A model generated the notes under the pieces. The model searched no databases, was not told the origin of the DNA, and was given only the letters and a program-made list of their open reading frames with translations. From Schmidtea nova (taxonomy: Eukaryota), in contig CM097884.1 in assembly GCA_044892505.1 (NCBI GenBank), positions 70,680,001 through 70,744,000 of the forward strand: a DNA stretch of 64,000 nucleotides. Reading direction: 5' to 3'. Of this stretch, positions 1 to 48,899 are shown in pieces (the stretch's first letter is position 1; each line of letters begins with the position of its first letter). The position numbers were made by a program, and so were the translations under genes.

Positions 1-1
1 T

Positions 2-238
2 AAAATATACCAATACACGGGGATCAATATCGAAGAGTTGTTCGAAATGCACGTTGATATGGTTCTTAGGCCCGACATCAAGTGCGTAGAAAATTGCGTT
101 GTTTGTAAAGAACCAATGCGTGTTTCATGTACAAATGGATGTGCTTGTTGCCACGATTTTAAAAGACAACAATATGTGCATATTTTGGTTGCTGAAATGC
201 GAAAGGCATACTATGATGATCTTTACAATACAAAGTAA
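2..238 (+). CDS. 5'-truncated small Cys-rich ORF of unknown function, probably TE accessory
   Basis: Frame is open from the window edge (KIYQYTGINIEELFEMH...). Motif C-x3-C-x2-C...C-x3-C-x-CCH. AATAAA follows shortly after the stop. Confidence 0.3.
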   Translation, partial: KIYQYTGINIEELFEMHVDMVLRPDIKCVENCVVCKEPMRVSCTNGCACCHDFKRQQYVHILVAEMRKAYYDDLYNTK

Positions 239-329
239 TTGCCGAGGATTTATTTAAATAAAGATTTATTTTTAAAATACTTTGTGTTTTTATATGACTT
301 TTTTATTGTTGAGCGTAAAATTCTAATTA

Positions 330-660
330 TTTTTGATGTAAAAATTATTAAATTATGAGCATTTTTACCCAAATAAGGTTTTTGGTGTAAAATTTATCGG
401 AGGAGACTAATTTTTCATGTTTTCATTTTTTGTTGGCCTTTTAATTCTCAGTAGATTGATATAAAAATTATTGAAATCTGAGCATTTTTGATTTTTGGAA
501 TTTCCCCTAGTGGGACCCTTTTTACGAGTAAATTTGATCGGATGAGTTCAATTTTTCATGTTTTTACTGTTTGACCCTTTTTTGTTCACCATTCAATTCT
601 CAGTAGTATGGTATAAAAATTATTTGATTCTGAGCATTTTTGGAAATTTTGGGAAAAATG
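330..660. repeat. Degenerate tandem repeat, about 3 units of 120-150 bp
   Basis: AAAAATTATT..TGAGCATTTTT recurs near 357, 480 and 632. AATTCTCAGTAG and AATTTTTCATGTTTTT each occur twice. Confidence 0.6.
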
Positions 661-1599
661 TTGCAAAAATTAATTAATTTTATATTTTTTGTAAAATTTA
701 TGAAAAAATAAATAAAAATAATAAATTTCAGTATTATATCAACAGTTACATTATTATTTACATTGATTATTTAATTTTAAAAGTATTGCATAAGAATTAC
801 GCAATATATATATATATATATATATAAAGTGGTACGTAATATATAAAGTATGTCATCATTATTTAGGTATTATTATGTAGCATATAAAGTATTATGACAT
901 AATTATGTAATGACTACGTAACACATACAGTGTTGCGCGGTTCCTACATCATTATTACGAAATATGTAAAGGGATACGTCATTATTATGGTTTTATTATG
1001 TAACACATGTAGTACTACGTAATAATAACGTAATACATAATTATTAACGTAATACATAATACATAATTCTGTGGGCTGATCTTACCTACATGACTATTAA
1101 GTAACATATACAGTTGAGGGATAAATGACTTGTGCTAGACCGCTCACTATCCCCTACTGTCGGTGAATGAATGAATTTGTTTTGGATGCATGGAATGTTA
1201 TTGGATGAAACGATGATTTTCTCTGCAAGAAGTGTGTTAAGTTATTAAGATTTTATTGAATGAAATGTGTATTTTTATGAGTAGGGTATTAGATACGTAT
1301 TTATAAAGTAAATTATCCACGATAAAGCTTACATTTATAAAATAGATCATTTAATAAGGTCCGCAATAAAGTTTATATTCATTAAATATGATGATAAATA
1401 CTTTTATATAAAAATTTATAATTTTCAAATTAAAATCGAAAATGATATTTATATTAAAAATTTTTATTTAAAACATAAAGTAGAATGCGATTTTCATCTA
1501 GAAAATAAACCAAGTGGTAGTTTTTATGCTAAAATTTATATTTATAAAGTAAAATAAGTAATAAACTTTTTTGTTTTTTACTAAATTTTATTTGTATCA

Positions 1600-4560
1600 A
1601 TATGAAATGGGTAATAAATTTTGGCTTGTATTTATTGGGTCAGTATTTTTTTACATTTTTGGTCAGTATTTTAAATAAATGGTTAGTATTTATATTAAAA
1701 TGTCAGTACGTAATACAAATGGTCAGTATTACAGCGATCAGTATAAAAACGATCAGTATTTTAATTAAAATGCAGATAGATATATTAATTGGTCAGTATT
1801 ATAAATAAATGGTCAGAAATTAAAATTATGTATCAGTATCTGCAAATATAAATGTCAGTAACAATAATTTTAAATAAAATTTAAAAAAACCTCATTTGGA
1901 ATTTTATACTTATGTCTTATTTTTATTATTATAATTAATTTTTATAAAAAGCTATATTGTCTCACTGATAGTTTAAATTAAAATATATTTTATAAGAAAT
2001 TTATTGAAAATTCTAGTAATGTGGTTTAATGTATAGGAGTCATTATTTTTCTTGTTGCAAATTTCAGAATTTTGTAAATTTAAATAATTTCTTTTTTATA
2101 TGCACTAAGAATATTATTTTAATGAAGTAGCCAGTTTTGATTGCTATATTTTGAAAATAATCGCAGACTTTTGTCAAAATTACGCATTTTATAACAAAAT
2201 CAGTGAATTGACATTAGTCAATTTGTCCGCTGTGTTACTCGAATGTGTAATGTTATTTAAATATTAAATCATCTCCGTTTAAGATAAAATTAAAAAAAAT
2301 AACATAATTAAAATATATATTATAAATTCAAGTCTCCAACTTATTTTATACTAATATATTTGTTGTTCTTGATTATTAATGATGATTGTTTTATTTGTTT
2401 ATTTCTGAAAAACCATTTTTGTTTATTATTTGTTTGTTTGAAATTTAAAATAATTGAAGGTTCAAAATGGCATCAAATATAGACGAATATCTATCATCAG
2501 ATGATGAAGAAATAAATGAGATTTTAACTATTAAAACTCGTAGGACAAAAATACAACACAAATGGAATATGGTTTCAACATTTAATAGCAAAGAAGATGC
2601 TATGATTGTTATAAATTCAGAAGAAATTTGGAGTTTCCATTATCGGAATAATACGGCTGATGGAGGTAAAGCTTATTATCGATGTAACATGGTAAAAAGA
2701 CGCGGACAACAATGCGAGGCTGGAATATATTTGCTGTTTAATAATAACAACGATAGTGTAACAATGTTTAGAGCAGAAAACAAGCATACGCATGGAAACT
2801 CACAGCAACAAACTTTAAAGCTTTCAAATCAGATGAAAGAAGAAATTAAAAAGCTTTTTAAACTAAAAATAAAACCAAAAAAAATTTTAGAAATATTAAA
2901 TGATAAAGGTTTAAAGCTTAAAAACAAGACACAAGTTTCTAATTACTTAGTGCAATTAAGAAAAGAAGCATATGGGCCAGCCGCAATAAGCCTTGGAGAA
3001 TTTGAGCAGTGGTGTATTGATCATAGCGAAATTCCAGATTCTGATGAATTACCTTTTGTGGTGTCACATCAAGTGAAATATTGTGATGAATTAGATGATG
3101 CAGAGGATGAATACAATGAGGGTTCGCACTTCAGAGTTTTAATTTCAACAAAACGTTTGCTTAAAAACTGTAGCATGTCGAACAAAATTCATATTGATGC
3201 CACTTATAAACTGGTATGGGAAGGTATGCCAGTTATAATTGTTGGAACTACAGATCTTGATCGTCATTTTCATCCGATTGGTATTGCTGTATGTACGAAT
3301 GAAAAAAAAGCAGATTTTCAATTTATTTTTGAAACAATTAAGAAAATAAATGAAGAAATTGAATATTTAATATCAGATGCATCAAATGCCATTCGTAATG
3401 CATTCATCGCAGTATTTGGTGTGAATAAACGTTTAATTATGTGTTGGGCTCATATGCGACGCAATGTTACGAAAAAAGTTGAGTCTCTTGTTGAAAAAAG
3501 CATGAGAAAGGAAATAATAGATGACATCGATACATTACAGTTAGCTTCAAGCAAGCAAATATTTGATAAAGCATTACCATTGTTTATCAAGAAATGGCTT
3601 CAGAAAAGCCAAACTGAGTTTATTAACTACATGAAACTTCAATGGTTTACAACACATCAATATTGGTACGAAGGTGCTGCACAATACACGCCTTCTACGA
3701 ACAACTCATTGGAATCTTTCAATTTAGTGGTAAAAAAAGAAGAAACATTTCGTGAACGACTACCACTCTCAAGATTTCTTGAATTAATCAATAAATCTGT
3801 AGCAAAGTGGTCAAACGAATATTCATCCAACAGTCGAATATTCAATACTTCAACTACAATTGAATTGTCCCAATGGACAAAAGGATATCAATGGGCAAAA
3901 ACTAATGTAAACGTCTCATCAGCAATTTCTAACGATTCAATACAATATTTTTGTCCATCAAATCAGCAATGTAAGGCATCAGAAGAGGAAGCAGCATATG
4001 TATTGGAAATGCGTTGGAAAACATTTGATCAATTCAAACGTAAAGGTTTCAAAGTTTGGATTATAAATCTGCCAAAAGAAGCAGAAAACTGGATGCATGG
4101 TTGCTGTACTTGTCCAGAATTCTTAAAGAAATTTATATGTTTTCATATAATAGGTTTAGCTATTCGCTTAAAATATATTAAACCTCCTCCAGCAGCTAAA
4201 CAAATACCAATAGGGCAAAAACGTTCGAGGGGAAGGCCAAAATTAGCAACGCGTGCGCTTTTAATTGATTAAAAAAATTTATTTATATTATAAAAATAAA
4301 TACTATCATTTTTTATGTTATATTTTAAGGTAATAAATTTTTTCTAAAAAAAAATAACTGCTCTTTTATTGTTTATACAGACCAAAAATTTTAAATTAAC
4401 TTACCAAAAAAGAAAATTATACTGTCCAATACACAAAAATATACTGACACTTAATTATTTATACCGACCAAAATATTATTTTATACTGATATTTTATTTA
4501 ATAAAATACCGACCAATTATTAAAAAAAATACTGACCAAATAAATAAACCCCATAAATTT
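1600..4560 (+). mobile_element. Mutator-like (MULE) DNA transposon, termini approximate
   Basis: Transposase ORF flanked by inverted arrays of a short motif: GGTCAGTAT-like copies at ~1640-1860 and ATACTGACC/ATACCGACC copies at ~4420-4550. TSD not identified. Confidence 0.75.
2467..4272 (+). CDS. MULE transposase, intact 601 aa
   Basis: N-terminal WRKY/FLYWCH-like zinc region (YYRC...C...HTH), DDE core (IHIDATYKL, LISDASNAI, CWAH, NNSLESFN), SWIM finger (CTCPEFLKKFICFH), C-terminal AT-hook-like RGRPK. Confidence 0.92.
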   Translation: MASNIDEYLSSDDEEINEILTIKTRRTKIQHKWNMVSTFNSKEDAMIVINSEEIWSFHYRNNTADGGKAYYRCNMVKRRGQQCEAGIYLLFNNNNDSVTMFRAENKHTHGNSQQQTLKLSNQMKEEIKKLFKLKIKPKKILEILNDKGLKLKNKTQVSNYLVQLRKEAYGPAAISLGEFEQWCIDHSEIPDSDELPFVVSHQVKYCDELDDAEDEYNEGSHFRVLISTKRLLKNCSMSNKIHIDATYKLVWEGMPVIIVGTTDLDRHFHPIGIAVCTNEKKADFQFIFETIKKINEEIEYLISDASNAIRNAFIAVFGVNKRLIMCWAHMRRNVTKKVESLVEKSMRKEIIDDIDTLQLASSKQIFDKALPLFIKKWLQKSQTEFINYMKLQWFTTHQYWYEGAAQYTPSTNNSLESFNLVVKKEETFRERLPLSRFLELINKSVAKWSNEYSSNSRIFNTSTTIELSQWTKGYQWAKTNVNVSSAISNDSIQYFCPSNQQCKASEEEAAYVLEMRWKTFDQFKRKGFKVWIINLPKEAENWMHGCCTCPEFLKKFICFHIIGLAIRLKYIKPPPAAKQIPIGQKRSRGRPKLATRALLID

Positions 4561-4689
4561 TATAATGAATTTTTTATTCACAAAATAAGTTGGGATTTCT
4601 TTGGAGAGATTTATAACACTTCAAGTTCATATATTGAGGATAAAAGTCCGATTCTTTAAACGTAGATTAGTTTTATGTATTGCTATATA

Positions 4690-6900
4690 AATTAGATGAG
4701 TGAACTTTCTCTTGAAAGAATTTACGCTTAGTCATTCATTATCTTAAATGAAAAAGACTCTTAGATGAGGATAAATATAAGCATGCATTGGACAATATTA
4801 CGAATTGACCACTTTAGTGATATGGGTCGATGTAATATGTGTAAGGAAAAATATAATTCAACTGTTTCCCAACGTTAACGTATGGGATGAAGTGAACATG
4901 GGTGTGTTGGCCTCACCGCAGATAGAAATATGGGCTGACCGGTTGATGGGCCTCAACCAAACAGCGATCCAGCTCATGGGCTGGACTGACTTCAGGAGGC
5001 ATGGAAGATTTTTTAAAAAAATTATTTATTTATAATAATTTGAATGAAGATTTATATTTTATGATAATTATGTGGGAAATTTTGACATCGTCTTTTACAT
5101 TAGGTGTAAAAATTTAGTAAAATAAAATAAAATAAAATAAAATAATCATAATAAAATAAATTTTCAGGTTTTAACGTATATTATAAGGATATTTGATAAG
5201 TAAAATAAAATAAAATAATCATTATAAAATAAATTTTCAGATTTAAGATATCATAACACATAACAATACGAACGTTAAATATATAATTTTCAATAATCAA
5301 ATTAATGCAAATAAGAGCAAATAAAATAAAATGCACAATATGGTTAGTGGGGCATGATCACCAACCATGCTTTAAAATCATCAGACTTACATCAAACGTT
5401 GAGAGGCTCTCGATTTCCGAACTGTAATAGGACTATCGCTGGTCCGATCGACACAAAAGTTTTGGAATTATTGATTTGATTGGCAAAGAAAAGCTTCGCT
5501 GGATAGTTCGATGGCCAATATATTTTAGATGGTTGTATCCTATTAAATCTCTAGTGGGCTTTGGTCAAAACATTTCGCAGAGTTCTGCTTAATGAAAACT
5601 TCACCGGTCTGTGTCGCAAACTTTTGATGATTATGATTTTTATGGCGGTATATATAGGAGGTTTGGTCTGTTGTTTTCGTTGATGCATTAAAACAAATTG
5701 TTCTAGAAAGAATTTTTTATTCTTCCAAAATTAAATTAAATTTAAGCAAAATTATACTATTATTTTTGTATAAAGTTTTATTAAAACTTTAAATAATTTA
5801 TTTTTAATCTAAAATTTTAGTTTTAAATCAAAGTTTTTTCTAATTTAATTCCATTTGCTAAATCTTTAGCTAAGGCGATATTCTTTTATATTTTTTGAGT
5901 TTTTTTGGTAAAAATCGAAATTTTCCTATAATTTAATTTTCTATAATTGATGTTTTATGTTATATATATGTTTTTAACGTGTATATTTGATGTGCTTTTG
6001 TTCAGTTTATTTTTTAAACGTGTTTTAATTAATTATTTAGGTGTTTTGTTGTTAATTTGTTTTTCTTGGTGTTTCTCATGATAGAATTTACTTCGTGCGC
6101 GCTCTCTAAATGTTGTATTACCACGTTATTTTAACAAATTTCAGTTTTTGCCCAACAGTTTTAATGACCAAGATTGATGGTAATATTCATTTTAAACGCG
6201 GCTGATCGTTTTGAATTATCATCCGCTCTGACTGAGGTGTTTGGGGAGTGAAACAGGAAAAATCTTCCAAAATTCAAAATTTTTGACACTTTTGGGACAA
6301 ATTATTTTAATACTTTTGTTTTCTTTGTTGTTGTGCTATGTGTATCTGAAATTGATTCTTGAATGAAATTCAGAATGTTACATTTTGATGTACTGATGAA
6401 TTCCTACTGATGTGATTATTTATTTTAACCTACCGATTGGAAATCTTATTGAATATTTATAGATTATTTGTTGAATATTGGACTCAAAATGAGAATTAAA
6501 CTTCTATTGGTCGCTCTTAAAATAACTGAAATGTTCAGTCAATCATGGTTTCGATTTTTGACGATCATTGTTTGCGAACATTCATCCATTTGTTGCATTA
6601 CCAACGTTACATTGTGACAGTCAACAAGATGGTTTGACTAATTTTTGTGTTGAGTTGTTGATGGGAGACGATTAACAACCCACCAATAGTATCAATATGA
6701 CTGAGTTGCAATCACTGATAACGCAGCAATTACATGAAATTTCGACTAGCCTATGAAAGCACAAGAGATTTTATTTAGACCTTGATAATGATTGATAAGT
6801 GCCGATGTAAAATGCGACAAGTGAAATTTTGATCACAGATATATAGTACTAACGGTAAAGTACACAGGCCTGAATATCTACAACAAGTGAGAGACATAGT
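4690..6900 (+). mobile_element. Unclassified repeat element, copy A (small ORF plus LTR-like segment)
   Basis: Colinear blocks shared with the minus strand of 52230-48900: small ORF (WDEV...EIWADRL...FRRHGR), GGGGCATGAT (5349), CTTACATC.AA, exact 18-mer CAGTTTTTGCCCAACAGT (6142), TCAACA..TGG (6621), GATG(G)GAGACGA (6660). Confidence 0.55.
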
Positions 6901-6942
6901 AAGCTTCTCACAGCACTCAACGTGTTAAATTTATCATATTTA

Positions 6943-7799
6943 CAGTTTTAACTTTACTTGCGAAAAGCTCTTCACATCAAATTTTCAGGTTACGAAACGC
7001 CTCCTCGGAAAAATATTACCTCTGGTAACGAAAGAAATTTCAGTGAACTTAATACTTAATTTTGTTTAAATATTTGAGTTTTCAGATTTTAATAAAGATT
7101 TAAATTTGTCAAATTTTAGTACACTTTTATTAACTATGGATCCAAAGAAAGTTATGGGAAAAAGTGGTGAGAAGAAGAGATATGTTTTGTCCATACAAAC
7201 AAAGCAAGAGATAATATAAAGTACGAAAAAGTAATGCGTTTGGCTGATCTAGTCAAAGAATATGGCCACAATCCATCTACAATAGGTACGATATTAAAAC
7301 AAAAAGAATCTTTAAAAGCTATGACTCCTTCCAAAGATCATTTCGAAGAAGAGGTCCGGGGTGAACGATGAGATGGAGAGGTTGTTACTCGTGTGGATAA
7401 AGGAGAAAGAGATAGCTGGAGACACTGTGACTGAGACGATAATTTGCTAAAAGGCAACTGCAATCTTTAATGACCTCCTGAAGGAGAATGCAGACGATGG
7501 AAATTCAGTGCAAGAACCAAACTAGGAGTTTAAGGCATTTTAATTCATAATTCTTTGCTCTTTATTTACATTATGTATAATTCTAATTTTTATACTTTTT
7601 GTGCAGTAATCTAATTCTAACATGTATTTATTACAGATTTTGTTGCATCTTTATTATTTTTAAAAATAATTATGTTTTAATTTTGGGGGCTTGGAACATT
7701 TTACTGCATTTACAAGGAAAAAGCGACTCTACTTACGAAATTTTCACGTTACGAAATGACTTCCAGAACGAATTAATTTTGTAAGTAGAGGTACTGCTG
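6943..7799 (+). mobile_element. Tigger/pogo-type element, internally deleted
   Basis: Imperfect 22-bp TIRs (CAGTTTTAACTTTACTTGCGAA / reverse complement CAGCAGTACCTCTACTTACAAA) with TA on both sides. Degenerate CENP-B HTH peptides MDPKKV...TKQEII...LADLVKEYGHNPSTIGTILK and DEMERLLLVWIKEKEIAGD. Confidence 0.8.
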
Positions 7800-8131
7800 T
7801 ATTATAATTATAATCAACAAATTTTGATACATTTCTTTGATAAATGTTCAAAGTGATATATTAAAACTCTAAAATTTATTTCATTTTAATAAACTTTTAT
7901 CTAAATTCTAGATATATCTATATAATATTTTTTTTTCAGAAAATTATTTAAATTTTAAATTGTTATAATTTAAAAATCTTTTTTTTAGAAAAATACATTT
8001 GTTTATTTATATTGATTTGTTTTGGATTATATAAACATCGAATGTCAAAATAAGTTTTTTAACAATTAATAATATATTTTTTTTTGTCTACAATCAATAA
8101 TTAATTGAATTATCAATAAATTATTATAGAA

Positions 8132-45544
<37,413 letters not shown>

Positions 45545-45587
45545 TGAGATAGATGAGCACAAATCGCTTTCTCAGTCGATGTGAAGG

Positions 45588-45618
<31 letters not shown>

Positions 45619-48600
45619 GATAAATAATTCAATAAATTATTCATGTGCTCCTTATTTTAATAAATTTACAACATATTCCTTATATAATATCAACTTGTTT
45701 TTTTGAAGAAAATTGTAATTTTTGTTTGTGTAGCCATTGAACAACTGTAAAGATGCTGATGAAAAAGATTGATCAGGTTAATGTGTTCTGCAAGCAGCTA
45801 CCATTGTCAGTAAATATTTGCTGTTGAGTTCTTGATTTATTGTATTTTGTTAAGGTTTGTATAAAATTATTTGTACCTAAATACTACCAATTTATCATCA
45901 ATAAATTTCTTAGTGCTGTTTTTTTTGTTTTAACCTTTTTTTATTTTTGGAATTCAAACAGTTTGGTTCAAATTAATTTTTTCAAAAACCGCAGCAAAAA
46001 TGGACAGGATCATCATAAAAGAAGCTACTTATCCAAGAAAGGTGCGTCAGGAAGTGCCAGTTGTTAGTCACAGGCCTGTCAAGTCAGTCTCAGTGATGCA
46101 TTTAAAAGGGTTATTAGTTGCTAAATGTGTGCACACGGGTTTCTCATTTCCCGGACTTTTGTTTATCTGGTATACAACTGATTTTATTCTAGATAGATTT
46201 AATTATATGCAAAATATTCGGATTACCACATTTTTTTGTTGAACAACGAAATTTTTTCTTCAATCGCTTGTTATAGACGTGAGATTGTAATGGTTTGATT
46301 TTCCCGAAGTGCCTCATATTGCACTATTTCCATAATATCCTACCATATACACAACATAATATTTAAGGATGAAGACTTGCTTTAGACGTCCTAGAAGGTT
46401 TCTGATCTTTATCAACTCATTGCTTTCTGCGCTTAATATTTTTGTAAAGTATCCATGTCTAATCGTTGTAAGAATTCTCTCTTTCTAGTATAGACAGATG
46501 AGAAGTACAGTAGCAAATTCATATGGCACTCAACCGGTTTAGAGACTGTTCTAATAGATAAAAGATGTCTGTGTACTGTTGAATGAGTTGTAAATAACTG
46601 TTATATTTATGCATGAGGAGATATTTAATGAATTTGTTGAGTAATGTGTAAATTAACGGTTCGGTTTGTAGTAAATGTAGTAAATGATAAATTGCGGTCC
46701 TGTGTATTTTTTATATAATTTAAATAATATAATAAATTTAAAAATGATTTTATTTTAAAAAACAATTTATTCGAAAAAAATAACAAATATATAGGAATCA
46801 GGTATATAATTTTCTATTTCAGATAATTCTCCTTCTTCACCATTATTAAACTATATTAAACTAAATAGTTTTCAGTTTGCCACCTGACCCAAATTCATCA
46901 GCATGAAGAAACTTTATCTTTCCAGCTTGGTACCCGTTGCTTGGCAACGTTGAGACTATACAAAATAGTTGGATATGCTTGCATAAAGCGAGCTGTAACT
47001 CCGTGACTTTTAATGTCCAGGCAATTCATTGGGCTTAAATATCACAGATAGAAGGTTATGGTACTCTTATTTTCGGGTCCTTTTACCATATTTTTAATTT
47101 GTTTTTTATTTAAATCGCTTCCCAAAATCATGAATTCCTCAAACTACCATCTGATTTTTGCTTATAACTCTTGGACTCATTTTGCTTTTCAATCTACCTC
47201 ATTTAAACTAGATGTGAATTCAATCATATACCCATGATACGCTATTACTGTTGCACTAACTCAATAGCAGAAGACTGAAATTATTAACCAAAAAATATAA
47301 CGAAAACGCTAATTTTGATGATATTTATTTAGATTTTTTATTCCAATTGTAGTCGGTCTCTTATCCTTGCAATTTTTCGTAATTGTTTTTCTCGTCCTGC
47401 TTTGCCGGATCTCGGTTTTCGGACTTTATACTTTCTTATGGCCCCATTAGTTGATGCATCTATTCTATCGGGAAATAATTCTTGCTCAGAGTAAGACATT
47501 AGTTTTATCTCTTTGCTCTTGGCGTCTTATACGGTTACTTGGTTCGCTCTCGTAACTTGATCTTTAACGCACAAATTTCAATTTCATATTCGAGCACTTG
47601 GGCTTTTATAACTTCCGGGTTCAAATCAAGTATTTAAATCCTTTCCTGACGCTGAAGGAGATTCATTGCCCTTTTCTCTGCATCTAGTTTTGGACTGTAT
47701 CATATCCTTAAAGAAGAATTTTAACTCGTGTTTTGTTGTACACATCTATAAAAATGCAATACAAAAACCTTTGTAATTCTAATAGTATGCAGTATTTTTT
47801 TTAAATAAAGTCGTACTATTTTTTATACTATCTATGAAAAGGTAAGACAAAAGATCAAAGGTGAAAACTATATTATTTGAAAATTTTTATCAAAATGACA
47901 AAATTAAAATCATTCTCCTACGGAAATCTTATTTGCTTCTCGTAATTTGCTACGCAGCACTCATTTCTCTTCTCTATGTAAGCGACAGCGTGTTTGTTTT
48001 CCGGACTTATTCTTTGTCCTCTTGGTGAAATTAGATTTGCATTATCGTTGTTTTGGCTGGAGTAAAGTTTGCCTTCGTTCCTCCAGATCACTCACATCTA
48101 GTGACCTAATATCAGAAATGGTCAATTCTAGGTCCGCCGGTTCTCGTTTGAAAATAATAATCTTTTGGATAGAGTGAGCCTGATAAGACTCCAAATAATA
48201 TTGGGAATCATGTTCTCCTTCCAGAATGACGAGAAATCTTCGTTCATGGAACATCCTAATCGTCGTCTGTAAGGGTAGGAGAGTGTTCATTATGTTGGGT
48301 ATTTATTTGGTTAAGTCAGCTTTTATCTGACTCCTCGGTGTTCTTATTAAAATCAATGAACAAGACCCAACACAGTAACATTTATTAATAATCAATCTAA
48401 TACACAATTGTCTTTACAAATTATTTAACTGCTTTTCAGGTTTTCACTTAGGCGCAGGGATATGTCTCCCAACAGCAGATGTCCTTTTCTGGTGCTCGTG
48501 TTAACAAATGAATTTAAATTTGATTATGACTGACCTCTTTTATCTTTTACTTTTCACAATTCCTTTATTTATTTCGATCACGATACTTTTATTTTCTTCG

Positions 48601-48899
48601 ACCGTACTCGTGCTTTTCCTGATTTTGCCTCTTATTTTATATAAAATTTAGAGAGTTGATTTATTTGTTTTCTTTCGTTCAAATGGTAAATTGCCCGTAA
48701 GACCATTAAACCGTCAATTTTTAATCTCGAAATTCCAATTTATATTCTGAGGCAATTTAGATGCTAATTGCGATTTGCCTTCCGCCGGGAACATTAATTT
48801 TCAAAGCAATTAACTTGTCCTCATCGCTCGGGTTCTCCATTGGCTCGGGTTTTACGTTAGCTCGGGCTTTCCATTAGCCAATTAATTCTTAATTAATAT

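Noticed and set aside
45840-46242. Overlapping short ORFs downstream of CUL1
   Set aside because: No recognisable domain or splice pattern.
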